Assembly (NCBI GenBank): GCA_002633005.1
Contig: NMRA01000322.1
Coordinates: 186,001 to 250,000, forward strand
Reading direction: 5' to 3'
Source of the DNA: Phoronis australis
Lineage: Eukaryota > Animalia > Phoronida
DNA: 64,000 nt
Part shown: positions 41,601 to 51,227 of the stretch, one piece after another
Layout: each line of letters begins with the position of its first letter
Numbering within the stretch: the first letter of the stretch is position 1
Translations under genes and position numbers: made by a program
Notes under the pieces: generated by a model
Databases searched by the model: none
Seen by the model: the letters and a program-made list of their open reading frames with translations, nothing else
What the model was told of the DNA's origin: nothing

Positions 41601-43023
41601 CGAATGAAGAGGATTTTGAAATTCCTTATTCCTCTATTCATCCCATGTGTGCTCTGATCATGTTCTGTATAAAAAATTCGCCAACTGTGTGCAACTATTT
41701 ATTTCGTTTTACCCTAATAACAATCACTTGATACTTCATTTTCAATATTATTTTGCTTGTTTGAATTAAGTAAGCGATTGAAGCAATTGAGTAATAACCC
41801 GGTACATTATTATTTCCAGAGTTCGTATAATTTTCGACATAATTTACCGTTTGCAGTTGAAGTCTGATTTGATGTTACAGTCCCGTTAGAGATGCCGGAG
41901 GTCGATGACGCTGTAGTTGTATTGGCTTGCGCTGTAGATGTTGCATTCACGGTTACAGTTGTCGTACCTACAGTAAAATGTGTAAATCATTGAACACATG
42001 GAATTCTGTTTGACTTAATCTTGTATGTTTAATTCAAAAGATGGATCAAACCTTTTCAGCTGCATTGCGCTTACTTTAAAACTTTATGTCTACAGCATTC
42101 TGCATATGTCGCTGACATACGTAAGGATGACGCTAACAAATCGGCTGACTTCTGGCCTCATATAGTTGACTCTAGCATGTAAATCTCTCGTTTCCGGAAC
42201 TGTAGAAAGCTTACGGTGTAGAAAATACAGATATTTGTTAGTAAGAATACTATATCTTTTCTGAAAGCAGAATTTGGTTTTTGCGTTAATACTAATCTGT
42301 TGTTGCACGTGACCATGTTTGTCTTAGTAAAATTTAGCATAAAAGAAAGGTTCACTCATAACAAAATAACGACATCGATTACGCAAAATTGTTTAATGTA
42401 AATGATCCGAATACGAAATCTCAAAAACAGTGTTACAGTTCTTTTTGTCGTCATTTCATCTTCATTTTATGTATTTTGTCATTTCTCTATGAATATCGTA
42501 ATGGTCCTATTCTTTAAGAGCCTCTCATGCAAATAAGAATCCATTTTAAAGTAATTCCCAATACCGTTTTGAAAAACTGTATCTGAAAATTTGGTTTTTC
42601 TGGTATAGTCGTGGAATTGAGAAGGGTCATTACAAATGTATTCATAAAAGACACAACCTTTTCTACTGGTAAAAGTTGTTGTCTTCGTTTTACTGTCTGC
42701 TGGTATAAATTTAAGACTTGACAGAGGAGAACAGTAGAAATTAACATCAGCATATTCAAATTTGAAAAAGAAATACAAAGCTCTGAATATACACACATAG
42801 TCGACCTTTCATGGTCGGTGACGTCAATGGTAATTCGCTATTGGTCAGTACTTAGATTGTGAAGGTAAGTAGCTAACTGATGTTAAAGCAATGATATCAC
42901 TCTCGTTAGTTTCGAAACAGTTTATCCGTGACCACAACCTGTTTTCAACTTACAAGTAACTCTTGCGACACCCAAGACTGCGACAAGCAGCACGCACGCG
43001 TGCCACTGTACCTGCAAGTTCAT
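130..43023 (-). CDS. Multi-exon gene (3' end outside window): MUC4-like / mucin-like protein with signal peptide, Ser/Ala-rich mucin region, EGF, TSP1, NIDO, AMOP-like, VWD, cadherin-like and Ca-binding EGF domains
   Basis: About 43 exons with GT-AG boundaries whose phases join into one open frame (~6.5 kb CDS in window). The domain order NIDO-AMOP-VWD-EGF is that of MUC4/SUSD2/Mesh-type and coral mucin-like proteins. Confidence 0.9.
709..831 (-). CDS. Ca-binding EGF exon ([31 protein letters not shown])
   Basis: 123 nt, cag/gtaagc. Confidence 0.9.
2976..3118. mobile_element. Short MITE with TGTCATTAGG termini (partial second copy ~2690-2895)
   Basis: tgtcattaggcccat ... atggacctaatgaca; shared gcctaagtttc..ataagcc. 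Confidence 0.6.
3353..3484 (-). CDS. Ca-binding EGF exon ([12 protein letters not shown]...)
   Basis: 132 nt, cag/gtaagt. Confidence 0.9.
3537..3943. mobile_element. Palindromic MITE
   Basis: TIRs ctgggcccggtctctaatct / agattggagaccgggccctg; arms are complementary inward; related copy at 45765-46199. Confidence 0.8.
4127..4352 (-). CDS. EGF exon ([17 protein letters not shown]...[16 protein letters not shown])
   Basis: 226 nt, phase 0-1. Confidence 0.9.
4604..4791 (-). CDS. Ca-binding EGF exon ([19 protein letters not shown]...[14 protein letters not shown])
   Basis: 188 nt, phase 1-0. Confidence 0.9.
5576..5674. repeat. (TG)n microsatellite
   Basis: Direct inspection; contains N at 5606. 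Confidence 0.95.
5739..5939 (-). CDS. Ca-binding EGF exon (copy B; probably allelic or assembly duplicate)
   Basis: Identical translation to 6736-6936. Confidence 0.6.
6736..6936 (-). CDS. Ca-binding EGF exon (copy A of duplicated segment)
   Basis: 201 nt; the same exon recurs at 5739-5939. Confidence 0.8.
7580..7847 (-). CDS. EGF-like exon (NGGTC...[25 protein letters not shown]...[21 protein letters not shown])
   Basis: Manual translation, 268 nt, phase 0-1. Confidence 0.9.
8578..8858 (-). CDS. Cadherin/Ig-like beta-sandwich exon (NYAPKING...ATDQNGD...ITVSDG...ELCSCQ)
   Basis: N-x-A-P, A-T-D-x-x-G-D and V-S-D-G motifs; phase 1-0. Confidence 0.85.
9870..10160 (-). CDS. Post-VWD exon (SLFSY...FTPVFF...C...C YFDLKVT)
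   Basis: 291 nt, phase 1-1, resembles the post-VWD segment of MUC4/SUSD2-type proteins. Confidence 0.88.
10517..10849 (-). CDS. VWD domain C-terminal half ([18 protein letters not shown]...WGQEW)
   Basis: Canonical VWD G-x-L-G-N-F-D-G motif; 333 nt. Confidence 0.93.
11960..12202 (-). CDS. VWD domain N-terminal half ([23 protein letters not shown])
   Basis: Canonical VWD start motif; 243 nt. Confidence 0.93.
12248..12400. mobile_element. Short inverted-repeat element, second copy ~22543-22658
   Basis: Shared aacgctaggacctcgctaaaaagcaagact...gactaggttttagctaggtcct.gcgt with self-complementary arms. Confidence 0.65.
12633..14190 (+). mobile_element. Decayed L1/Tx1-type non-LTR retrotransposon (3' ORF2 with zf-RVT), intronic, antisense to host gene
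   Basis: Frameshifted peptides [47 protein letters not shown] and C.FC...[10 protein letters not shown]; ends near aaataaaa. Confidence 0.85.
15308..16531 (-). CDS. NIDO domain plus AMOP-like Cys-rich domain
   Basis: [20 protein letters not shown] and FVY motifs of NIDO; CC..C..F..RRP end typical of AMOP; 1224 nt, phase 1-1. Confidence 0.9.
16929..17060 (-). CDS. Ca-binding EGF exon ([32 protein letters not shown]...)
   Basis: Manual translation, 132 nt, cag/gtgaga. Confidence 0.92.
17400..17730 (+). mobile_element. Penelope-like element remnant (GIY-YIG C-terminus plus degenerate hammerhead)
   Basis: [15 protein letters not shown]...VYRHC...H...ESLYIKE followed by ctggtga-t-gtcta..tagac-gaaacgtt. 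Confidence 0.65.
17960..18340 (-). mobile_element. CR1/Jockey-clade LINE ORF2 remnant (region just upstream of RT)
   Basis: [14 protein letters not shown] followed by [18 protein letters not shown]...[10 protein letters not shown], resembling the KA.G.D.IP motif region. Confidence 0.6.
18388..18540 (-). CDS. Ca-binding EGF exon ([12 protein letters not shown]...)
   Basis: D-x-N-E-C motif, 153 nt. Confidence 0.92.
19290..19610 (-). CDS. TSP1 domain ([22 protein letters not shown]) plus EGF domain
   Basis: WxxWxxC..C..RxRxC motif; 321 nt, phase 1-1. Confidence 0.92.
20663..20929 (-). CDS. End of mucin region plus first EGF domain ([33 protein letters not shown])
   Basis: tttag/gtaaac, 267 nt, 6-Cys EGF pattern. 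Confidence 0.92.
21273..21368 (-). CDS. 96-nt Ser/Ala-rich exon [32 protein letters not shown]
   Basis: aag acceptor (weak), gtaatc donor, phase 1-1, open frame. Confidence 0.55.
22928..23053 (-). CDS. 126-nt Ser/Ala-rich mucin exon
   Basis: gtcag/gtaaca, phase 1-1; ORF track 22818..23123. Confidence 0.82.
24593..24676 (-). CDS. 84-nt mucin exon [28 protein letters not shown]
   Basis: ctgcttag/gtaact, phase 1-1. Confidence 0.78.
25049..25132 (-). CDS. 84-nt exon [28 protein letters not shown] (divergent, weak donor)
   Basis: ctgcttag acceptor shared with the 24593 and 28605 exons; donor T|gtaaaa is weak. Confidence 0.55.
25395..25448 (-). CDS. Displaced copy of the 54-nt exon ([18 protein letters not shown])
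   Basis: Near-identical to the array exons, including flanking intron sequence. Confidence 0.8.
26703..26741 (-). CDS. 39-nt microexon [13 protein letters not shown]
   Basis: ttacag/gtaggt, phase 1-1, composition matches neighbouring exons. Confidence 0.7.
27520..28010. mobile_element. TTAA-flanked non-autonomous DNA transposon (Kolobok/piggyBac-like MITE)
   Basis: ttaa-aagctatgaaggacc ... ggtcccgcatagtc-ttaa imperfect TIRs. Confidence 0.5.
28605..28685 (-). CDS. 81-nt mucin exon [27 protein letters not shown]
   Basis: ctgcttag/gtaatg, phase 1-1. Confidence 0.8.
28845..29066. repeat. 21-bp minisatellite (gttgtatcaggttaaatacgt), ~10 copies
   Basis: Direct inspection. Confidence 0.95.
29900..40020. 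repeat. Tandem exon+intron macro-repeat (~0.55-0.95 kb unit) with nested ~32-bp subrepeat aagactgacaaggcactcaacaaacatgaatt
   Basis: Recurring intron blocks (e.g. gtttccaactggatccttaaaa, ttcacagaagttggat, gtgaaatgtacaattgatagcttgacac) in each unit. Outer boundaries approximate. Confidence 0.95.
30078..39875 (-). CDS. Array of 15 tandemly duplicated 54-nt exons, consensus ALSSSAA(G/A)[10 protein letters not shown]
   Basis: Exons at 30078-30131, 30721-30774, 31313-31366, 32025-32078, 32705-32758, 33488-33541, 34434-34487, 35143-35196, 35829-35882, 36487-36540, 37168-37221, 37876-37929, 38416-38469, 39119-39172 and 39822-39875. All have a tttgtag acceptor, gtaa donor and phase 1-1. Confidence 0.85.
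40291..40338 (-). CDS. 48-nt divergent member of the tandem exon family ([16 protein letters not shown])
   Basis: Same ttgtag/gtaataaaatggc flanks as the array exons, frame-preserving. Confidence 0.75.
40729..40776 (-). CDS. 48-nt mucin microexon [16 protein letters not shown]
   Basis: tttag/gtaagc, phase 1-1. Confidence 0.8.
41398..41577 (-). CDS. Ser/Thr/Ala/Asn-rich mucin exon
   Basis: 180 nt, cag/gtaaat, phase 1-1; ORF track 41387..41593. Confidence 0.88.
41848..41967 (-). CDS. Thr/Ser/Asn-rich mucin exon ([39 protein letters not shown])
   Basis: 120 nt, tag/gtaaat boundaries, phase 1-1, several N-X-T sequons. Confidence 0.85.
42954..43023 (-). CDS. First coding exon: signal peptide [23 protein letters not shown](C)
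   Basis: tttttcag acceptor one base before ATG (43023-43021), hydrophobic core, gtaagt donor in phase 1 matching the next exon. Confidence 0.85.
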
Positions 43024-43138
43024 TCTGAAAAAGACAGATTCATTTTACAGTTATGCTTCATTTTTTATCATCTTGCCAGTAAGACTTTAAGAACAGTACG
43101 CGCAACCATTCAGTGTACACCGGTCTGTTTGGATACTG

Positions 43139-43451
43139 CAGTGGCGGACTTAGGGGGTGCAAGGAGGCCATGGCCCCCCTAAAATTCTCCCAGATACCAT
43201 TTAGGAGTTCGGGGTGCGAATTGCTGAGTAGCATATGCGCGCTCCCAAGGGGTTTCGAGGTGCGAATACACAATGCATAGGCCTTGAACAAAGCACGTTT
43301 ACCGTTTTTTAGTAATAAGGTCCACAAACCCAAAAATTCGAGACCCCTGAATCCCTACGTTTTAGGTTGGGCGCGCGCATGTGGCGAAATTCTGGTTATT
43401 CCTGTGCCCTGACCTTCCCCCCCCCAACTCAAAATCCTGGATCCACCCCTG
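43139..43451. mobile_element. GC-rich cagtggcgga...atcc(a/g)cccctg MITE (related copies ~47179-47332 and ends at 55529/56715)
   Basis: Inverted termini and shared internal ccatggcccccctaaaattctcccaga and ccccaactcaaaatcctgga. Confidence 0.7.
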
Positions 43452-45764
43452 ATAGTGAAGTAACGTACTGATTGTCAGAAACTTCCCGAAACCAGGTTTT
43501 TATCTCATCAAATTACGTCAATCATTTCGAATTTTTTACTGATCCTATCAACAAATCTACTAACATGGCCAACACAGTGCGTTTTGTTGACTATTCGCTT
43601 ACATGTGAGCCTAACAATTGTGGAAAAATCAATTTTTTGAGCTAATTAGTGTATACAACACGGGGGCTTTGTTAATATTGACACACATTACGATGGCGCG
43701 TTTAGAATTTGTGACTTAAACGCAAGTTAAAGCCTATGTAAACGATATTTTGTTGTCAAAAAATGGACTGTTTCCACAGCCACTGGCGTATTTGCTCTTG
43801 CAACAATAGTTTGGTGAACCAAAGTTAGTTTTCACAAAAGGCTTCTGTTTATTACTCATTTAAATAAGGTTTTGGGTTGCAAGAAACGAGATAGTGAGGC
43901 TAGTGTGATCGCGTGCTTTGCTTCTGATACGTGCGTAAACTAGTTTGTTGCGTATGATATTTGGCTGAACGCAGGCTGTGAAAGATATACAAATGCAAGT
44001 ATTTGCATCCTTTGCATCATGTTCTTATGTTAAACACGATTTCATTTGGTTAGGCCGTTTCTTTTTCGATTTGTGGTTGAGAATGTAGTTGACGGGTTTT
44101 AACGAGGTGGCGCCACATAACAATATATATTCTTTGAGAAACGAGTGACGTGACCCTTTTAATCTGAAGCAAACGCCAAAGAAGATCAATCGCAAGAACA
44201 TGTATTTTTTAATAAACTGATATTCGTTTGCTAATGAATGACGAAAATTCTAATCATGGAACAAACTCTGTTTTCTCAGTAGCACGTTTCCTCAACGTTG
44301 AATGTCTTGACTGCGCGTCTAGTTCACACGAAGTGATGTTTTTTTTGTTCCCATCGCGACAAATTCTGTTTACCTGGCACACATGCGTCATAAAGCCTTC
44401 GGCAAAGAAATCTCGGCAGCGACTCGCACCAAGTGGTAATCCAAATATCACGTGGACAAAAGCGACATTCAAAAACGCATGTTTAAAATGGTAAACGCAA
44501 ATTCGCCATTGTCTACATAGTGTTTGCAGAAGCACAATTCCTTTTTAGATTTTTTGTGTTCAATGCCAACATTTGCTTTTGTGTTTGTCTTACCAGCCTT
44601 GTTAAGCGTTGATTTAGAAAATTTTACTGGAGCTGTGACGCGGAATAATGCGTCAGTCTACATGTAGATCGCCAACTCTTTCTATAGCTGCTATGCTTAT
44701 GTGACGAGAGAAAACCAAGTGATCTCAGCAAAATACTAAACTAGTTACCGTAAAGGTGTAAATTTTGCAAGAACAAATCGTTGACTATTTTATTGAAAAC
44801 CTAGTTTTGATGATTCATTTTACAAAAAGTTCGAAAAGATTGGAAATTTAAAGTAACAATTAACAAAATAAATTATGAGTATGATTTCTATCAATAGGCG
44901 TTCAAAATTTTCCGTTCAAAGTAAAAAAGAAAAAGCACATTATTTTAAATATGACACAAATTGGTTTATAAAAAGTCTTTTTTCGCTTCATTACCATTGA
45001 AATGTCACGAAACGAATCGAAACACAAACCAAACTAACACATTTTCCTACAACGCTATTTCATTTTTTAAGTCAACAAATTTAATGAAGAGTTGTGAAAT
45101 TGGTTTTATTTCTAATGACCAACATGAAATTCGCATTATTCTAAAGTAGGGACATTTGAAATTTGATTCTAGACTTACACAAAGGCGAGAGGATTCTGTG
45201 GGAGAACACGTTACTGTGGTGATTAACGTTTTCTTAAACGAAAATTGGCTTCTAACTTATAAAATACGTATACGTATAGTGCCTAAATTAATTAAAATAA
45301 CCTTGACACGTTTTAATTCATGTATTTTGAATGGGGGCTCACCTTTGATATTGCAAATAAGTACAAGCAAGAATGAATGTTTCTTTTAAAACAAGAATAG
45401 TAGTGCTTATAAACAGTGTAATAAATTTTGAAATCTACAAACTTTTTAGTGTTCAAAAACTTTTTAGATCGTTCTCATTCTAAATTCCGACTACTGCTGT
45501 AAAGCGATGAGTTCAAGGTCAACTCGCGAAGAAAACACGTCAGTTGTGATGTCGTGAATGCGCAATTCGTATTGAATATTGCAGTTGCTTCATGAAGCGA
45601 AAATTGTTTAATTTAGACTAAATTCCCCTGTGTATGAGCAGGTTAGTTCCATTTTGGCTTCAATTCGACAATATCGATCAGCTCAAATCACAAACACGGA
45701 CAAGCAGTCTACAAAATCCCACGGGACAAGAAAACAAAAATTTGCGTTTCCCAATAAACGAATT

Positions 45765-46199
45765 CCTGGGGCTGGAGTCTATTCTTTTTACTCGAAATCG
45801 AGCACGAAATTATTTTTAACATTTTCTGTTCTGCTTTGGTGCGAAGTCAAAATCAAAATAAGTGTCTATTATTCTGTGCTGGAGTACATTACGGAATACG
45901 TGGACCGCTGTGTAATGCATTTTGCACTTGATGACCCCAGCATTAAATTCGAAATCTCGAGTTTTTATTCGAAATCTCGAGTTTTTACTCGAAATCTCGA
46001 GTTTTTATTTGAGCTCGTACCTCGAATATAGAGGTCATCAAGTACGAATTAAGAACTACACAGTGATTTGAGTGATTCATAACATACTCAAGCACAGAAT
46101 AGTGAATAATTATTTTGAGTTCGTGTAAAGGACAAAGGTTGATGACAAACGTATTTTCGAGTTCGAATTCTAGTAAAAAGATTATGTCTCAGTCCTAGG
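45765..46199. mobile_element. Palindromic MITE, same family as 3537-3943
   Basis: Shared tactcgaaa, ataagtgtctattattct.tgct.gagtaca and tcgagt repeats; inverted ends. Confidence 0.7.
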
Positions 46200-46788
46200 G
46201 CGAGCTGGTTCGTTATTGATGGATGATCTATAAGCTACACTGTCGACATTACAGACTATAACCGTTAAGACCATCTTTTGCCTTCGAAAATATGACTTTG
46301 TTATAAAACGTCTCTATTACATGTACCTACAGGTTAATTTTCGTACAAGATTCAGCATTGTTTATCTAACACACAGGTGTGTACACGGTAATGACCCACA
46401 CTATCTTGAATCCATTTTTCAACTGCAGACGTATTCTTTGAGTACATTATTGAAATTCCTTTGCCATAGGTAAAAACAGGTCATGTGAAACCTTTTTCGT
46501 GTTTTTTTCTGTGGATGATCAACAACAGTGAGATGACAAGATCTGTTCAAACTTCAGGAAGAAAATGAACAAAAACATTGTTCAAGGAAGCATACTGCAC
46601 CTAGTTCTACTTGCTGCGAATAGTTTTTCTGTCTTTTAAAGTAACTTTCAGTTTCAAACTAACCTACTACGTAGTTTCGTATTGATGAGTGTTTTTATTA
46701 TCCACTACTGCTCACACTGTTTCTATGGGCATATTTTACTTTATTTTATTTTATTTTATTTCCATATCTCCATTAACATATGAATGTG

Positions 46789-46795
46789 ATAATAC

Positions 46796-46853
<58 letters not shown>
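46789..46853. repeat. (AAT)n microsatellite
   Basis: Direct inspection. Confidence 0.95.
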
Positions 46854-46854
<1 letters not shown>

Positions 46855-48109
46855 GCGATAATGATAATATTAGTGCTAATGAGAATAACAATGACGACAA
46901 AAACAATTATAATAAAAATAATGATGACAACCATAACAATTACTAAGTTGTAGATTAGGGTCGCGCACTAAATAGGGGGCCCCTCCTCGCAGCCGCGCAG
47001 TACCCTGAAAATTATGTCGACCGAGAGGGTGTGGAAATTAAAGCAAATGAGGAGAGGGTAGAAGATTGTGACGAGTAGAGGGATATTGTGGCGACTGGGA
47101 AGGTAGGTTGGACGTTGTGACAGCCGGAGGGTGAAAATAGTGCAACGGCGACTCATGGGCAGTTCAAAAGTACTGGACCAGTGGCGGATTTAGAGGGGGG
47201 CCAAGGGGGGCCATGCCCCCCTAAAATTCTCCCAGATTCCAATTGGCAGTTAGGTGGTGCGAATTTCTGACTGGCCAAATTCTGGCTACTACTCTGCCCT
47301 ACCCTTCCCCCAACTCAAAATCCTGGACCCCCATAGTTTTTTATAGTTTAGGGCTTCCCAAGAAACCTGAATCCGGCACCACAAACACATTTTCCTTTGC
47401 ACCTTAAAATAAACAATTTATAGGGCTCCCTAAGGCGTAAGAATGTCTTATACATGAGCAGTGACATGAAATATTTAGGCAATAATCAAGGGAAAAGCTA
47501 TTGACTCATACGCTAGTTTTGAGCAATTGTTTAATCAGTCGCACAATAGTTCGCGACAACAACAATCCGTCGCCATAAATTATGATCTGTGCTCAGATGG
47601 TCTGCAGCCCACAAACATTTTCCAAGTTAATGTTTGGTGTTTTGAGGAGTGGGCAAGAAAGTTTGATTGTTTTTTTACCTACAGACGTGATAATTTCGCA
47701 GTTTTAAGAAGTCTGATGTCAAATGTGGACGCCTCGGAGCAAATTTGTCAATAATTTGATTATATACATATTTTGAAAAAACAAAACAATGAAGGAATGC
47801 GTCTCTTTAATAAACCATTGCCTTGTGCAGTAAAACACATGCATCGCTTTCCTTGCCAGTGTTTTACGCGTGAATAATTACAGGCGTTGACGCGTCTCTT
47901 TATTCGACATTCGATCCTAAACCCTGTTTCCGAACCAGTAAACACCGATCCCGCGGTACAGAATTCATACCCGCTCCCCACTCCACATACTCGACAAACA
48001 TATTGCACAACCGGTGACCAGACGTCATGCCCGGATAACAAACTTAAGACCCAAATCACAGGTGTGGTCATGAAATCCACTACTTGATTTAAGTATACAT
48101 ACACATGCG

Positions 48110-48146
<37 letters not shown>

Positions 48147-50954
48147 TCACATTCATTACGTCACAGAATTTGTTTTTAAGAATGAAACAAAAAACCAGTA
48201 ATTGCCTTTGTGAAAAGGCATTAAAATCCAAAAGCGGGGGCTAGCTGTTTATTGGCGATCAAGAGACAATTTTAATTAGTTCATTTCATTTACTTATGGT
48301 GCAAGTCAACCCGTAAAAACTCAGAACATATAATTACCGTAAATGAATAGTTGTCTTACCTCTGCTTTAGTCTTTTCTTTAACAGAAAAATTCTCTTGTT
48401 ACTGTTTTTCTTTTGTCTTGTGTTTACTTCTTTCAGTTGATATTCTTCTTATTGGATAAATTTTCTTTTCTTGAATTGGATAAATAATTATACACGTCTA
48501 CTATATTCTCGTTTAAATCACGTTCTCAGCCACGAACTTTTTCAGCGGAATATTGTTTGCGCTTACTCAGAATGTTTTGCTGTCGTCATAGAAACACGTC
48601 AAAACAGCTTGAAAAGATGCATAGCGCACCATTGAATCTATACACACTTAGCTTTGAATTGTATAGACCGCAAGTGTTTAGTTTATGAAAAAACTGACAA
48701 AGGCTATTGTTTCGTGAATATCCCCTTTTGTGGACACACAGCAAACAATCATTTACGGTGAAGGTAATGATAACCCTAACAGTATTTTGAAAGTTTGTAC
48801 AACTTCTTTAACGGAATTTGTGTAATGAGCCTGTACATATTTGAATTTTACAGCCTCATACTTCATTTTGTGGCGCAGTCAAATTTCCTATGTGATTTTC
48901 TAACAAAAGCTGGACAGGTTTGGACTGGTGTGTCAGTAACTCGGCAAAAGGAAAAATGTTTGATGGTTATCTCAAAAACGTTATCCGTTCATGCCAGTGA
49001 ATAACCTGGTTCATGACACACGGGAAAAGGTGACAGAAATGGCACCAGTAATAGCGGATCTTGAAATAAAGTTAGTTGTTAGAAAAAATAAAACATTTGT
49101 CAATAAACAAAGTCTACAAATGCGTTGAAAATTTAAAATATATAATTAAGTCCGTATTGGGAGTGTTTCGTGCAACCAGGCACAGGGCCTGTTCCATGAA
49201 AAAATTGAACTTTTGAATCATAAAAATTGACTTACTCAATTCCCAATTACTGAATATTTTTATGTTACTTTTTGCTTATCAAAGTTTGGAAATAATTTGT
49301 GGAAATTATTTGAATAACTAGCTATTATGGGTATATTTTCAGAGAATTTGTACATTTGCTGGGCTAACATAAAACTATTCTTCAGAAAAAGTTGTGTGGA
49401 ACCTGTAAGACAAAGGCCATGGTAACAGAATCAGTATTGGGTGAAATCATCGCCTACGGCTGTAACTAGCGATCAACTATATTGACTGTGGAATACTTTA
49501 ACAACACGGTTCAAATTGGATTTTCATTTTCATTTGAAATTTTAGTATGGAACTAAATACGCTAACGGTAAACGTGACCCAGTCAATCGTGTATTGTTTG
49601 GACATTAAATAGCCAAAAATGGAGTCTTACAATCATTTACTTTAAGATGAAATAAATTTAAAAATTAAAAAAATTGTAGTTTTACGTTAACATAGTTGGG
49701 TAAAAGGACATTCTTGGTGAGAAAAGTTATTTTACAGAAATTAGCAGTAGCGCGGAGGGGAATGTATCAGCAGCCAAACGCTTTACCACGTGTTAAATAG
49801 TGCAGTATTTTAAGTGAATGTAAATGGGAAAGACACCGGTCTTGATTTCAGCGAATGTCACAAAAACACAACATACGTTGTCGTTTTACAGCTGCTGTGC
49901 TCCAAGCTAATGATTTGAAGAGGTCGATCTCAATCAACATTAATCCCAACATTGTCTTTTGCGGCTGCGAAAACTATCATGTTATTTAAACGCAAACTAA
50001 TTGTCCATTGTTTTGTGTTTTATAATTACCTCATTTTTATTCACCTCACATTGTCTGGCATGACCTGATTTTTATCCGTAGGACGCTAATTAATAAAGTA
50101 CTCATTTATAATCCCCTGTCTACAGACGGGTGTTAAATTGACAATTTTTGGCAATTTATGACAACATGCAGGCAAACATTTGACAGTGAAAAATATTACT
50201 AGACCAATGTATCAAACAGATCTTGCGAGGCATGGCAATTAAAAACGCTGGCATTCTTAGAAGTGTATCAAAATAATAGCGAAATTCGATCCCATATGTG
50301 AGATTCAAAGCGTGCGACATATTTGCCTTGAGGTCTGGGCACAGTGCCAGCGATCACATTCAACGTATTTCGCTTCATGTGATCAAGTGCATGCTGCCAC
50401 ATCATATTGATAGATGCGGATAACGCAGATTTTTTTCACAACTAACACAAAATCGAACATTAAAAAAGTAATTTTTATCAAACGTGACCATATTAAATTT
50501 CTAATCACATAGTCACCAACTGCACAATTGATTCCTGCTACAGATTCAACATGATCTCTTCCGCCTGTTCCTTATGCTGTGTGTGAGTCGTGAACATCGT
50601 AACATCAACGGTTTTCATCCTCCCCTTGCCTACATTGGTAGGACCTTCGGGTTAGTCATTTCTCCTACAAGTATTACAACGTTCTTACAAGAACAACTAC
50701 GGGTATGTGGTACACTCGTGGCGATTAGTGATGGACAATTCCTTCGAATTCTTTTAATTTTTCCTTTGAAAATGGGATTTGAAATGGAGGCGTTTGGGTT
50801 GTCAGTTCACAGCCACACTACCTCGTGTGGATGTATCTTATCGTTTTTAATCTTACGTCACGGAGTAGAAAATCCGAAATATCACTATTCACTGGCCACC
50901 ATGAGTGCACCACATAGGCTACCAGTCATTGCTCTTGTTTCTGAGAGTTTAGTA

Positions 50955-50998
50955 ACACCTGAAGACGGTCGCAGAAAACACCGATCGAAACGTCGCTC
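50955..50998 (+). ncRNA. Minimal type I hammerhead ribozyme motif (PLE-associated type)
   Basis: CUGAAGA-C-GGUCG(loop)CGAUC-GAAA-CGUC; stem II pairs, palindromic ACGU stem III, GUC cleavage triplet; stem I poor. Confidence 0.55.
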
Positions 50999-51139
50999 CA
51001 ACATAAATAGGCTTGAAGTTGGCGTAATTACTAGATTTTAGAATTTCACGCTACTACATCATCTCCTTAAAGCGGTTTTAGATAGTCTAAACATCATTTC
51101 CGTCGTGCTTACCATTTGTAAGTCAATATATATGCAATA

Positions 51140-51206
<67 letters not shown>

Positions 51207-51227
51207 TCGCTTGCGAGCGTGCGTGCG
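51140..51227. repeat. (GTGC)n microsatellite
   Basis: Direct inspection. Confidence 0.95.

Noticed and set aside
46689-46946. Poly-Asn ORF
   Set aside because: (AAT)n microsatellite.
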